Positions 55,546 through 64,000 of a stretch of 64,000 nt of DNA are shown piece by piece. The notes under the pieces were generated by a model, which saw only the letters and a list, made by a program, of their open reading frames with translations, did no database searches and had not been told where the DNA came from. Made by a program: the position numbers and the translations under genes. Position 1 is the first letter of the stretch. Each line of letters starts with the position of its first letter. This DNA comes from an uncultured Rickettsiales bacterium (GTDB taxonomy: Bacteria; Pseudomonadota; Alphaproteobacteria; Rickettsiales; SXRF01). The stretch lies in assembly GCA_964575095.1 (NCBI GenBank), contig CAZNPA010000008.1, positions 11,559 through 75,558 on the forward strand, read 5' to 3'.

Positions 55546-56817
55546 TTAGCCCGTCTTCTTTAAGGCGCGCCAGCCGATGTCGCGGCGGCAAAAGCCTTGC
55601 GGCCAATCGATGCGGTCGACGGCTTGATACGCCTTAACTTGCGCCGCTTCCAGCGTGGAGCCAAGCGCGGTGACGCCGAGCACCCGCCCGCCGGTGGCGA
55701 TAATGTCGTTGCCCTTCTTTTCTGTTCCGGCGTGGAAGATTTTTACACCGTCGATTGCGGCGGCCTTATCCAGGCCTAAAATCCGCGAGCCTTTTTCATA
55801 CGCGCCGGGGTAACCTTTTGCCGCCATGACGACGCAAACGGCGGCCTCTTCCGCAAAAGAAATATCGGCGCTTTTCAAATCACCCGCCGCGCACGCCAGC
55901 AACGTTTGATAAAGGTCGCCGTTAAATCGCATCATCAGCGTTTGCGTTTCCGGATCGCCGAAGCGCACGTTGTATTCGAGCAGCTTCGGCCCTTGCTTGG
56001 TCAGCATCAGCCCGGCGAACAGAACGCCCTTATACGGCGCCCCTTCTTTTTTCATGCCGGAAACGGTGGGAAGAATAATTGTTTGCATGACCTGCTCGCG
56101 TAAGCTTTCGGTCATGATGGCGCTCGGCGCATAGGTGCCCATGCCGCCGGTGTTGGGGCCCTTGTCGCCGTCGAAGGCGCGCTTGTGATCCTGGGCGTAG
56201 CCGAATTCGATGGCGTTTTCGCCGTCCGATAGCGCAAAAAAACTGACTTCCTCGCCGTCTAAAAATTCTTCGATAACGATCGATTTTCCGCTGTCGCCGA
56301 ACTGGCCGGAAAACATGCCGAGGGTGGCATCCACCGCCTCTTTTTCGCTTTCTGCGATGATGACGCCTTTACCCGCCGCCAGCCCATCGGCTTTGATGAC
56401 GAGCGGATAGCTTTTCCCGACCAAAAATTTCTTTGCCGCCGCCGCATGCGTAAAGAAACCATAGGCGGCGGTGGGGATGCTGTATTTCTTGCAGATGGAT
56501 TTCATGTAGCCTTTGGAGGCTTCGAGCGCCGCCGCTTTTTGCGACGGTCCGAATACGGGAATGCTCGCCGCCGCCAGCCTATCGCTCAAGCCCTCGACCA
56601 GCGGTTGCTCCGGGCCGATCACCACCAGGGAAATCGCGTTTTCTCTCGAAAAACGAACGATATCCTCATGCGATGTCAGCGCCACGCACGTGGCATCTTC
56701 AGCAATGCCGCCGTTGCCGGGTGAGCAAAACACTTTTTCCACCCGTGGCGATGCCTTAAGCCGCCAGCATAGCGCGTGCTCCCTGCCGCCGGAGCCGATT
56801 ACCAGGACATTTGCCAT
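55546..56817 (-). CDS. purD: Phosphoribosylamine--glycine ligase
   Basis: VLVIGSGGREHAL, an ATP-grasp core, and the family motifs GPNTGGMG and EYNVRFGDPE. Confidence 0.95.
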   Translation of the reverse strand: MANVLVIGSGGREHALCWRLKASPRVEKVFCSPGNGGIAEDATCVALTSHEDIVRFSRENAISLVVIGPEQPLVEGLSDRLAAASIPVFGPSQKAAALEASKGYMKSICKKYSIPTAAYGFFTHAAAAKKFLVGKSYPLVIKADGLAAGKGVIIAESEKEAVDATLGMFSGQFGDSGKSIVIEEFLDGEEVSFFALSDGENAIEFGYAQDHKRAFDGDKGPNTGGMGTYAPSAIMTESLREQVMQTIILPTVSGMKKEGAPYKGVLFAGLMLTKQGPKLLEYNVRFGDPETQTLMMRFNGDLYQTLLACAAGDLKSADISFAEEAAVCVVMAAKGYPGAYEKGSRILGLDKAAAIDGVKIFHAGTEKKGNDIIATGGRVLGVTALGSTLEAAQVKAYQAVDRIDWPQGFCRRDIGWRALKKTG

Positions 56818-56847
56818 ATTTGTTGAATTCTCCTAAAGTTAGAGCTT

Positions 56848-58137
56848 ATGCCCGAACCCGCCGCCGAATTCAATCACAACCAGCCGATTTATACCGTCAG
56901 CGAAATTTCGCAGGCGGTAAAGCGTGTGCTTGAGGACCATTTCGGCGTCGTGCGCTTGAAGGGCGAGATTTCCGGCTGGAAGGGGCCGCACAGCTCCGGC
57001 CACGGGTACTTCTCGCTTAAAGACGAAACCGCGGTGATCGGCGCCGTCGCCTGGCGCGGTACGCTGGGAAAACTGCAGCACAAACCGGAAGAGGGGCTCG
57101 AGGTCATCGTCACCGGCCGCATCACGGCCTATGGCGGCAAATACCAGATCGTCGTCGAGCAGCTCGAGCCGGCGGGGCTGGGGGCGCTCATGGCGCTGCT
57201 CGAGAAACGCAAAAAACAACTCGAAGCCGAAGGGCTTTTCGATCCCAAACGTAAAAAACCGCTGCCGTTTTTGCCGCGCGTCGTCGGTGTGGTGACCTCG
57301 CCGACCGGCGCCGTCATCCGCGATATCTTGCACCGCCTGGGCGACCGGTTTCCGGTGCATGTATTGGTGTGGCCGGTGGCGGTGCAGGGTGAGGGCGCTG
57401 CCGAGCAGGTGGCGGAAGCCATCATCGGATTTAATGCCATGAAAAACAAACCCGACGTGCTGATCGTTGCGCGTGGCGGCGGGTCGATCGAAGATTTGTG
57501 GGCGTTCAACGAAGAGATCGTCGTGCGTGCGGCCGCCGCCTCGAAGATACCGCTGATTTCCGCCGTCGGCCACGAAACCGATACGACGCTGATCGATTTT
57601 GCCGCCGACAGGCGCGCGCCGACGCCCACCGCCGCTGCCGAGATGGCCGTGCCGGTGCGCGAGGATTTATTGCAGGCCGTGCACGAGCTGGAAGCAAGAT
57701 TGCGCTCGGTCTCGTCGCGTCTGTTTGAAGCCGTGACGCAGCGGCTGGACGACTGGAGCGAACGGCTGCTTGCGGCGCTGCCTTCCATGCTGGAGAAAAA
57801 AACACAGCAATTGGCGGTGGTTGCCGCAAAGCTGCATCCGCGCGTGCTGTTTTCCGAAATAAAAATGATTCTCGATCGGTTGAATGATTTGCAAAAGCGC
57901 ATGTCGCTGGCGGCATTTAGGTTGCTCGATGCACGGCAGGAAAAACTGGCGCATTTGGCCGCGTTCTTAGAAAGCGTCAACGTCCAGCGCGTGCTCGAAC
58001 GCGGGTTTGTGTTGGTTAAAGACGAGACGGGGAAGCTGGTCGGCTCGGTCAAGCAAGTGCAAAAAGAAAAAACACTGTCACTGACGTTTAAGGACGGGGA
58101 GATAAGAGCTATTCCCTCCCCCCTCAAGGGGGGCTAA
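56848..58137 (+). CDS. xseA: Exodeoxyribonuclease VII large subunit
   Basis: OB-fold N-terminus (VSEISQAVKRVLED...V.LKGEIS....SGH.YFSLKD), VGVVTSPTGA and ARGGGSIEDLWAFNEE. It is divergent from purD. Confidence 0.9.
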   Translation: MPEPAAEFNHNQPIYTVSEISQAVKRVLEDHFGVVRLKGEISGWKGPHSSGHGYFSLKDETAVIGAVAWRGTLGKLQHKPEEGLEVIVTGRITAYGGKYQIVVEQLEPAGLGALMALLEKRKKQLEAEGLFDPKRKKPLPFLPRVVGVVTSPTGAVIRDILHRLGDRFPVHVLVWPVAVQGEGAAEQVAEAIIGFNAMKNKPDVLIVARGGGSIEDLWAFNEEIVVRAAAASKIPLISAVGHETDTTLIDFAADRRAPTPTAAAEMAVPVREDLLQAVHELEARLRSVSSRLFEAVTQRLDDWSERLLAALPSMLEKKTQQLAVVAAKLHPRVLFSEIKMILDRLNDLQKRMSLAAFRLLDARQEKLAHLAAFLESVNVQRVLERGFVLVKDETGKLVGSVKQVQKEKTLSLTFKDGEIRAIPSPLKGG

Positions 58138-58985
58138 GTTTTTGGCCACCGCTGATGCACCCAGAACCATTGCTCGGGATGCTCGCGTATCCATGATTCC
58201 AGCAGGGCATTGATGGCGGTCATGATGGCGAGCGCGTCTTTTTCCTCATCGCCGGTTTTTTCATACGTCAACGGCGGATAGAGCGTCCCTTCAAAATGGC
58301 ACCCGCCCGTTCGCACCACCCGCGCCGGGATAATCGGCAGATCGTAGCGCAGGGCGAGTTGCGCCACTGCCGGCGCGGTCATGGCCGGGCGTCCGAAGAA
58401 CGGCACCGGAATTCCCTCGTTCATTTTCTGATCGACCAGCATTGCCAGCGATTCGCCGCTCTTGATAGCGCGCAGCATGCGGATGCTGCCGCCGCTGCTT
58501 TTGGAGAACCGGTCGGTCGAGTGCCGGGCGCGTATGTTTCCCACCATACGGTCGATAAAAGGGTTATTGATGTGCCGATAGATCAGCACGGTGGGAATCC
58601 CATGCGCATGTGCGATGGGATACGTTATCTCCCAGTTGCCGAGATGGCCGGAGATGAAAATTGCGCCCTGCCCGGGCTTGGGCAGGTTCTCCAGGCCTGT
58701 TGCGTTGATGCGCCGCATCAGCGACACTCCGATGAGGTGCGGCATTTCGGCGGCGGTGCGGCCGAGATTATCCCACATGCCGGCGATGATTTCGCGGCGT
58801 TTTTCTTCCGGGAGATCGGGAAAGGCCATGGCCAGATTTTTTCGGGCTGTCTCGTGCGCGCGCATGAAAGGGCCAATATTCCGGCTGATAAATCCGCCGA
58901 GTGCCGAGGCAGCGTCGAGCGGCAGCAATCGCAGCACGGCGAACAGCAGTCCCACGGCCATCGCTTCTAGGGCATAGCGTATCAT
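58134..58985 (-). CDS. lpxL: Lipid A biosynthesis (lauroyl/late) acyltransferase, LpxL/HtrB family
   Basis: N-terminal TM segment and an acyltransferase HX4E-type motif (GHLGNWE); 283 aa. It is the last gene of the msbA-waaA-lpxK cluster. Confidence 0.8.
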   Translation of the reverse strand: MIRYALEAMAVGLLFAVLRLLPLDAASALGGFISRNIGPFMRAHETARKNLAMAFPDLPEEKRREIIAGMWDNLGRTAAEMPHLIGVSLMRRINATGLENLPKPGQGAIFISGHLGNWEITYPIAHAHGIPTVLIYRHINNPFIDRMVGNIRARHSTDRFSKSSGGSIRMLRAIKSGESLAMLVDQKMNEGIPVPFFGRPAMTAPAVAQLALRYDLPIIPARVVRTGGCHFEGTLYPPLTYEKTGDEEKDALAIMTAINALLESWIREHPEQWFWVHQRWPKT

Positions 58986-59950
58986 GGGCGCTCCAGCGCT
59001 TTATCGACGAGCGCCCGCAATTTTTCCGGTGCGGCCACCGTGAGCGAAATATCGACCACCGTCACCAGCGGCTTTAAATCCGGCGTCAGGCGCACGGCGT
59101 CCTTGGCGGTGGTGACCAGTATCGCCTGCTTCTGCCGCGCGCGCTCGGCCAGTTTTTTGATGTCATTGGCGCCGTAAGGGTAATGATCGGGGAAACTCAC
59201 CGTATCCACCACGTGCGCGCCGAGCGCCGAGAGCGTATCGAAGAATTTCTGCGGGTACCCGATGCCGCAGAACGCCAGCAGTTTTTTCCCTTTCAGTGAT
59301 TTTGCTTCCGCCGACGGCTCGGTGACGGCGGCAATCACCGGCAATGTTTTTGGGAGCTCCAGTGTCCGGCCGGAAGGATTGACGACAACGACGCCATCGG
59401 CCCGCGCGAATCCGGCGGCGGGAAGTTCGCGCAGCGGCCCAGCCGGCAATAGCCTGCCGTTGCCGAAGCCGTAGGCGCCGTCGATAACGAGCAGCGATAG
59501 CGTTTTTGTCAAAGCATTATTCTGGAAACCGTCATCCATGACGATGACTTGTGCGCCGCGCTCGATAGCGAAGCGCGCACCGGCCAATTTATCTTTGGCG
59601 ACGACGGTGGGGAGTTCGCGCGCCAGCAGCAATGCTTCGTCGCCGACTTCGCGGGCGTTGTGCATGTGGATATTGACCTCAACCGGCCCCAGGAGATTGC
59701 CGCCATAGCCGCGGGTCAAAAAATAGGCGCCGCAGTTTTTTTGCTTGAGATATCGGCCGATATAAAGCGCCAGCGGCGTTTTTCCGGCACCGCCGGCGGT
59801 AAGGTTGCCGACGCAGATCACCGGCGCCGAAAGCGTTTCCGGTTTCGCCCGTTTTTGATTCAGCTGCCGGATGGCGCCATAGAGCGCTGCCAGCGGCGAA
59901 AGCATGGCCGCTGCTTTATTTTCCGATTGCCAGAAGCGGGGAGCTCTCAT
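58982..59950 (-). CDS. lpxK: Tetraacyldisaccharide 4'-kinase
   Basis: MRAPRFW N-terminus and P-loop VGNLTAGGAGKTP. I reassigned the start from 60325 to 59950, which forms an ATGA overlap with the waaA stop. Confidence 0.88.
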   Translation of the reverse strand: MRAPRFWQSENKAAAMLSPLAALYGAIRQLNQKRAKPETLSAPVICVGNLTAGGAGKTPLALYIGRYLKQKNCGAYFLTRGYGGNLLGPVEVNIHMHNAREVGDEALLLARELPTVVAKDKLAGARFAIERGAQVIVMDDGFQNNALTKTLSLLVIDGAYGFGNGRLLPAGPLRELPAAGFARADGVVVVNPSGRTLELPKTLPVIAAVTEPSAEAKSLKGKKLLAFCGIGYPQKFFDTLSALGAHVVDTVSFPDHYPYGANDIKKLAERARQKQAILVTTAKDAVRLTPDLKPLVTVVDISLTVAAPEKLRALVDKALERP

Positions 59951-61218
59951 GCGGCGTTCCGTGGCGGGAAAAATAGCGGCCCTAATTCGTCCAGAATCCG
60001 CCCTGTGGCGCCGGACCGGCTTTCCGCCCATGCCGCTGCCGCCGTTTGCAGCGCCTGTTTTTTTACAGCAGCGCCAAGCAGCGTGCCGATTTGCGCCGCC
60101 AAATCTTCGGCGCTGCTGACGCGCAGACAGGCGCCGGACTTTTCCATGTCCTGATAGATATCGGCAAAATTGTGCGTGTGCGGCCCGGTCACCACGGCGC
60201 AGGAAAGCCGAGCCGGTTCCAGCGGGTTCTGGCCGCCGTGATTCACCAGTGAGCCACCCATGAAGACGATATCGCCCAGGCGGTAAAACAATCCCATCTC
60301 GCCCAGCGTATCGGCGACATAGCATTGCGTCGCCGGAGTGACGGCGTCGCCGCGTGAGCGCAGGGCGGTGCGCAATTGTTTCGATAGTTCAGCGGCGACG
60401 GTTTTGCCGCGCTCGGGATGGCGCGGAATGATAATCGTCAGCACGTCCGGCCGCGTGGCGGCCAGCAGCCGGTGCGCTGCCGCGATTTTTGCTTCCTCGC
60501 CGGGATGCGTGCTGGCAGCCAACCATAGCAGGCGGCTGCCGATGCTGTTTTTCAGAGAGAGCAACGCGCTTTCGTCGTACGGCAGTTTTTCGCCGTCGTA
60601 TTTTATGTTGCCGACGCAATCGATATTTTTTACGCCGAGCGCGCGAAGGCGCTGGGCGTCGCCTTCGCTCTGGGCGAAAACCATCTGGAAGCAGGAAAGC
60701 ATTTTGGTGATCAGCGCCGGATGTTTTTGCCAGAAAGAAAAAGATTTCACGCTCATGCGCGCATTGACGACGCAAAGGAAACAATACCAGCGCCGCGCCG
60801 CGAAAAGCAAATTAGGCCAGAATTCCGATTCAACGAAAAAGCCGATATCCGGCCGCCAGTGGCGCATGAACCGCCAGGCGGCGTCTTTGGTGTCGACCGG
60901 CACGTACTGGTGGATGACGCCTTTGGGCAGTCGTTTTTGCATCAGCGCCGCCGAGGTGCGGGTGCCGGTGGTAAGCAGAAGCCGCATCTGGGGCCAGCGC
61001 GCGCGCAATTCTTTTATCATCGGCAGCACCGACGCCGCTTCGCCGACGCTGGCGGCATGAATCCAGAGCAGCGTTCCTTGCGGCCGCGCTACGGTGGCGA
61101 ACCCAAGCCGCTCACGCAGGCGATGCCCGTCTTCCTTGCCGATGATCCAGCGCCAAAGCAGCCACAGCGGCACCAGCGGCGACAGCACATAGCCGATGAC
61201 GGCGTAGGCTTTATCCAT
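59947..61218 (-). CDS. waaA: 3-deoxy-D-manno-octulosonic acid (Kdo) transferase
   Basis: LWIHAASVGE motif and a glycosyltransferase-N/GT-B architecture (FMGGSLV..GGQNPLEPA); 423 aa. Confidence 0.92.
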   Translation of the reverse strand: MDKAYAVIGYVLSPLVPLWLLWRWIIGKEDGHRLRERLGFATVARPQGTLLWIHAASVGEAASVLPMIKELRARWPQMRLLLTTGTRTSAALMQKRLPKGVIHQYVPVDTKDAAWRFMRHWRPDIGFFVESEFWPNLLFAARRWYCFLCVVNARMSVKSFSFWQKHPALITKMLSCFQMVFAQSEGDAQRLRALGVKNIDCVGNIKYDGEKLPYDESALLSLKNSIGSRLLWLAASTHPGEEAKIAAAHRLLAATRPDVLTIIIPRHPERGKTVAAELSKQLRTALRSRGDAVTPATQCYVADTLGEMGLFYRLGDIVFMGGSLVNHGGQNPLEPARLSCAVVTGPHTHNFADIYQDMEKSGACLRVSSAEDLAAQIGTLLGAAVKKQALQTAAAAWAESRSGATGRILDELGPLFFPPRNAA

Positions 61219-61882
61219 AAAGAAGGCTTTCGGCTCTATCCATCAGCGTGTTCATTTCCTGCTCGACGTGCAGGCGCATGGTTTCGTCGTCGGTGATCAT
61301 GGTTTGAGGTATCACGATCGGCGCGCCGACGCAAAAAACAATGCGGCCAAACGGCAGCGCCAGCATGAAATGGTCCCAGCTGTTAAGTCGGACGGCGCTG
61401 CTGCTGGCGAACGTCACCGGCAAAATAGGCTTTCCGGTCAGGCGCGACAGCGTGACGACGCCTTTGCTCATGACGTGGGCGGGGCCGCGCGGACCGTCGG
61501 GTGTGATGCCGATATTATCGCCCTTCTCCAGCGCGCGTAGGATCTCGCCGGCGGCCTTTTGGCCGCCCTTGCTGGTTGATCCGACGACGGTTTTCTGGCC
61601 GAAATGCGCGATCACGCGTGAGATCAGCACGCCGTCGCGGTGGCGCGAAATCAGCACGCGCATCTGACGCTTGGGCGGGCAGCCGGCGGGCAAGAGCATC
61701 ATGCGTCCGTGCCAGAAAGAAAAGATCGCGTTGTCTATGCCGCGTATGTAAGGAAGGGCTGCCGTCTGGATATCGTAACGCTTGCTGCTGGTGGCGTAGA
61801 CCAGGCGGATATAGAGCGATAGCAGCCAGGCGACGACGATTTGCATCGCTTTTGATTTCAGGATTTTTTTTACGGTGGGCAT
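61211..61882 (-). CDS. DUF374-type lysophospholipid acyltransferase-family protein
   Basis: FWHGRMM...SRHRDG...VVGSTSKGG...ITPDGPRGP pattern. It sits upstream of waaA, the conserved position. Confidence 0.8.
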   Translation of the reverse strand: MPTVKKILKSKAMQIVVAWLLSLYIRLVYATSSKRYDIQTAALPYIRGIDNAIFSFWHGRMMLLPAGCPPKRQMRVLISRHRDGVLISRVIAHFGQKTVVGSTSKGGQKAAGEILRALEKGDNIGITPDGPRGPAHVMSKGVVTLSRLTGKPILPVTFASSSAVRLNSWDHFMLALPFGRIVFCVGAPIVIPQTMITDDETMRLHVEQEMNTLMDRAESLLYG

Positions 61883-61891
61883 GGCCGCGTT

Positions 61892-63643
61892 TTAAAACTC
61901 ATTGTGCGAGTAAAGCTGGGCGTATTTCCCGCCGCTTTGCATCAGTTGCTGGTGGCTGCCGCTTTCGACGACGCGGCCGCCGTCAACGACGTAAATGACG
62001 TCGGCATTGACAATGGTGCTCAGGCGATGGGCGATCACCAGCGTCGTGCGCCCACGCATCAATACCGCCAGCGCCTCCTGGATGCTGCGTTCGGATTCGT
62101 TATCGAGGGAGGAGGTGGCTTCGTCCAGGAGCAATATCGGCGCGTTCTTGAGCATCGCGCGCGCGATCGCCAATCGTTGGCGCTGACCACCGGAGAGCCT
62201 GACGCCGTGCGAGCCGATCAGGGTGTTGTAGCCGTCGGGCAGCTGGCGGATGAAACCGTCCGCCGCCGCGTTCACCGCCGCTTCGACAATTTCGCTGTCC
62301 GTGGCGCCGACCTTGCCGTAGGCGATGTTGGCTTTGACCGTATCGTCAAACAGCATCGATTCCTGCGGCACGAAGGCCATGGCTTCGCGCAGAGACGCCA
62401 GCGTCACGTCACGGATGTCCTGACCGTCAATGCTGATGCCGCCGTCCTGTATCTCGTAGAACCTGAGCAGCAGGTTCATCAATGTCGATTTGCCGCCGCC
62501 GGAAAGCCCCACCAGCGCTGCCGTTTTCCCCGCCGGAACGTCCAGCGTCACGCCATCGACACCGGCGGCGCCGGGCGCATAATAGAAGGTGACGCCGGAA
62601 AATCGTATGGCGCCGTTTTTGATTTTAAGCGGCACGGCATCGGGTTTGTCGGCAATAGAGGGCGGCGTGTCGAGGACGTGGAACAGGCGGTTGGCGGCGG
62701 CCAGCCCTTCCTGCATCACGGTGTTCAGGCCTGACATCGCCCGCACCGGCTTATAGGCCATGAGGAAGGCGGCGATGAAGGAGAAAAACGCGCCGGGGCT
62801 TGTTTCGCCGTTTAAGACCTGGGTGCCGCCGTACCAGATGACGCAGGCGATGGAGACGCCGCTTAAGACTTCCATCATCGGCTGCGCCGCCGCCTGGACG
62901 CGAGTGCCCTTGAAATAGAGCGTGTATAGTTTTTTGATGATGCCGGACGCGCGTTCGATCTCGAAGGCTTCGCGGTTGTAGGCCTTGACCGTGCGCACGC
63001 CCTGAAACGCCTCATCCAGCGCCGATACGAATTCTCCCATCTGCTGTTGCGTCGAGTCGGAGATGCGGCGCATGCGCTTGCCGAGCCGGATCACCGGATA
63101 GATGCCGAGCGGAAATATCAGCGCCGCCACCAGCGACAGCTCCGGGTTCTGATGCAGCATGACGCCGATCAGAAATATCAGCGACAGGCTTTCCTTGGCC
63201 AGCGACGTCAGCACGGTGGTGAACGATACGCGCATCAGCGCGATGTCGTTGGTGAAGCGCGAAATCAGCTTGCCGGAGGACTCTGAATGAAAGAGCCCGA
63301 TATCGCTTTGCATCAGGTGCTTAAACAGCCGCACCTGCAGGCTCGCGATCATGCGCTGGCCGACATAGCGCATCGAAAGCGTATTGCCGTAATTGGCGGC
63401 GGCGCCGACGATGGCGATCGTCACCACGGCAAAAGGGATTATGACCAGCATCGCGCGGTCTTTTTCGATGAAAATTTTATCCAGCGCCGGCTGCATCATC
63501 CAGGCGTTAAGCGCCGTGCAGCTGGCGACGATCACCATGCAGGCCACCGCCAGCAGCAATTGCCGCCGGAAGGGCAGGATGTGTTCGCGCAGCAATCGCT
63601 TAATCAGCGCGCGCGCGGGATACTGAAAAGGCGTTTCTGTCAT
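61892..63643 (-). CDS. msbA: Lipid A export ABC transporter, fused permease/ATPase
   Basis: Six-TM ABC exporter domain plus an NBD (GLSGGGKST, LSGGQRQRLAIARA, ILLLDEATS). I chose the Met at 63643 as the start; the ORF track extends to 63682. Confidence 0.9.
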   Translation of the reverse strand: MTETPFQYPARALIKRLLREHILPFRRQLLLAVACMVIVASCTALNAWMMQPALDKIFIEKDRAMLVIIPFAVVTIAIVGAAANYGNTLSMRYVGQRMIASLQVRLFKHLMQSDIGLFHSESSGKLISRFTNDIALMRVSFTTVLTSLAKESLSLIFLIGVMLHQNPELSLVAALIFPLGIYPVIRLGKRMRRISDSTQQQMGEFVSALDEAFQGVRTVKAYNREAFEIERASGIIKKLYTLYFKGTRVQAAAQPMMEVLSGVSIACVIWYGGTQVLNGETSPGAFFSFIAAFLMAYKPVRAMSGLNTVMQEGLAAANRLFHVLDTPPSIADKPDAVPLKIKNGAIRFSGVTFYYAPGAAGVDGVTLDVPAGKTAALVGLSGGGKSTLMNLLLRFYEIQDGGISIDGQDIRDVTLASLREAMAFVPQESMLFDDTVKANIAYGKVGATDSEIVEAAVNAAADGFIRQLPDGYNTLIGSHGVRLSGGQRQRLAIARAMLKNAPILLLDEATSSLDNESERSIQEALAVLMRGRTTLVIAHRLSTIVNADVIYVVDGGRVVESGSHQQLMQSGGKYAQLYSHNEF

Positions 63644-63769
63644 AAAACACATCTGTGTAGATGAGTTTATGCATTTTCGCAACGCATCAGCTAAAAAAAC
63701 GCCGCCTCCGGCCTAAAAACCGCGATTATGATTGAATATTAAGCCTTAACGTCTAGATTGTTCCCGCCT

Positions 63770-64000
63770 ATGACCGCGCATATCGCCCACATGGCTAACG
63801 TATCCAGGCCCAAAGTACACCGCCTGCCGCGTCGCGCGCATGAGACTCGCCGACTGCAACTGATGGCAGCCATCCTGAGTTACGGCAACGCCGCCAAATT
63901 CATTTTTACCTTAAGCAGCTTGGTTCTGGCGCTGGTGCTGTCGGTGCTGTTTTTAGGCCGTCCGCTGGCGCTGATGACATCTGATTCCGCCAAAAAACCG
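63770..64000 (+). CDS. Hypothetical membrane protein, N-terminal fragment (runs off the window end)
   Basis: From the ATG at 63770 the frame stays open to base 64000 (77 codons, not in the ORF track). The translation is MTAHIAHMANVSRPKVHRLPRRAHETRR...FIFTLSSLVLALVLSVLFLG, with one hydrophobic segment. It is divergent from msbA. Confidence 0.35.
   Translation, partial: MTAHIAHMANVSRPKVHRLPRRAHETRRLQLMAAILSYGNAAKFIFTLSSLVLALVLSVLFLGRPLALMTSDSAKKP

Noticed and set aside
56839-58127. 244-aa and 332-aa ORFs on the minus strand, opposite xseA
   Set aside because: xseA has clear family motifs (ARGGGSIEDLWAFNEE). The antisense ORFs are low complexity.
1-64000. Scan for tRNA, rRNA, tmRNA, IS elements/transposases, integrases, phage genes, toxin-antitoxin pairs and defence systems
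   Set aside because: No intergenic region shows tRNA-like T-arm motifs (GGTTCGAATCC) or rRNA-like sequence. No ORF has transposase, integrase, Cas, restriction-enzyme or phage hallmarks. The only mobile-looking DNA is the small palindromic repeats.

Overview
This is a roughly 60% G+C stretch of chromosome with alphaproteobacterial gene content and synteny, tightly packed with housekeeping genes. Many neighbouring genes overlap by 4 nt (ATGA or TAATG), and several convergent gene pairs overlap at their stop codons.

Gene content, in order:
- ampG (partial), hemF, trmL and the petABC cytochrome bc1 operon.
- lptD-surA, phaC, and an aminotransferase-hom-glpX group.
- dctA, an EamA-family transporter, glnD and hdaA.
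- An AI-2E transporter, purMN, ndk and two tandem OmpA-like lipoproteins.
- guaA, yfgM-like-bamB-der, an ABC ATPase, rlmI and mscL.
- putA, a sodium:alanine symporter and hemJ-hemH-hemE.
- A PDRP(DUF299)-aroE-coaE-dnaQ block, secB, a Tim44-like gene and mltA.
- An OmpR/EnvZ-like two-component pair followed by cca, a phoB-like regulator, purD and xseA.
- A lipid A cluster: lpxL-lpxK-waaA-DUF374-msbA.

I found no rRNA, tRNA, CRISPR array, transposase, integrase or prophage genes.

Main observations:
1. At least three families of small palindromic MITE/RPE-like repeats are present. Two of them are translated inside core genes. hemF carries two inverted in-frame copies of a double-hairpin element. 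A GGGATTN-heptamer element contributes coding sequence to dctA, the EamA transporter, der and aroE.
2. The probable chromosomal replication origin is the AT-rich 319-bp gap between hemE and the DUF299 gene.
3. A low-GC, probably acquired gene for a repeat-containing membrane protein sits 3 bp upstream of putA.
4. An orphan promoter, hairpins and intrinsic terminator downstream of purN may be an sRNA, a leaderless small-protein gene or a leader.

All protein assignments come from motif recognition by eye in the supplied translations. No database search was run.
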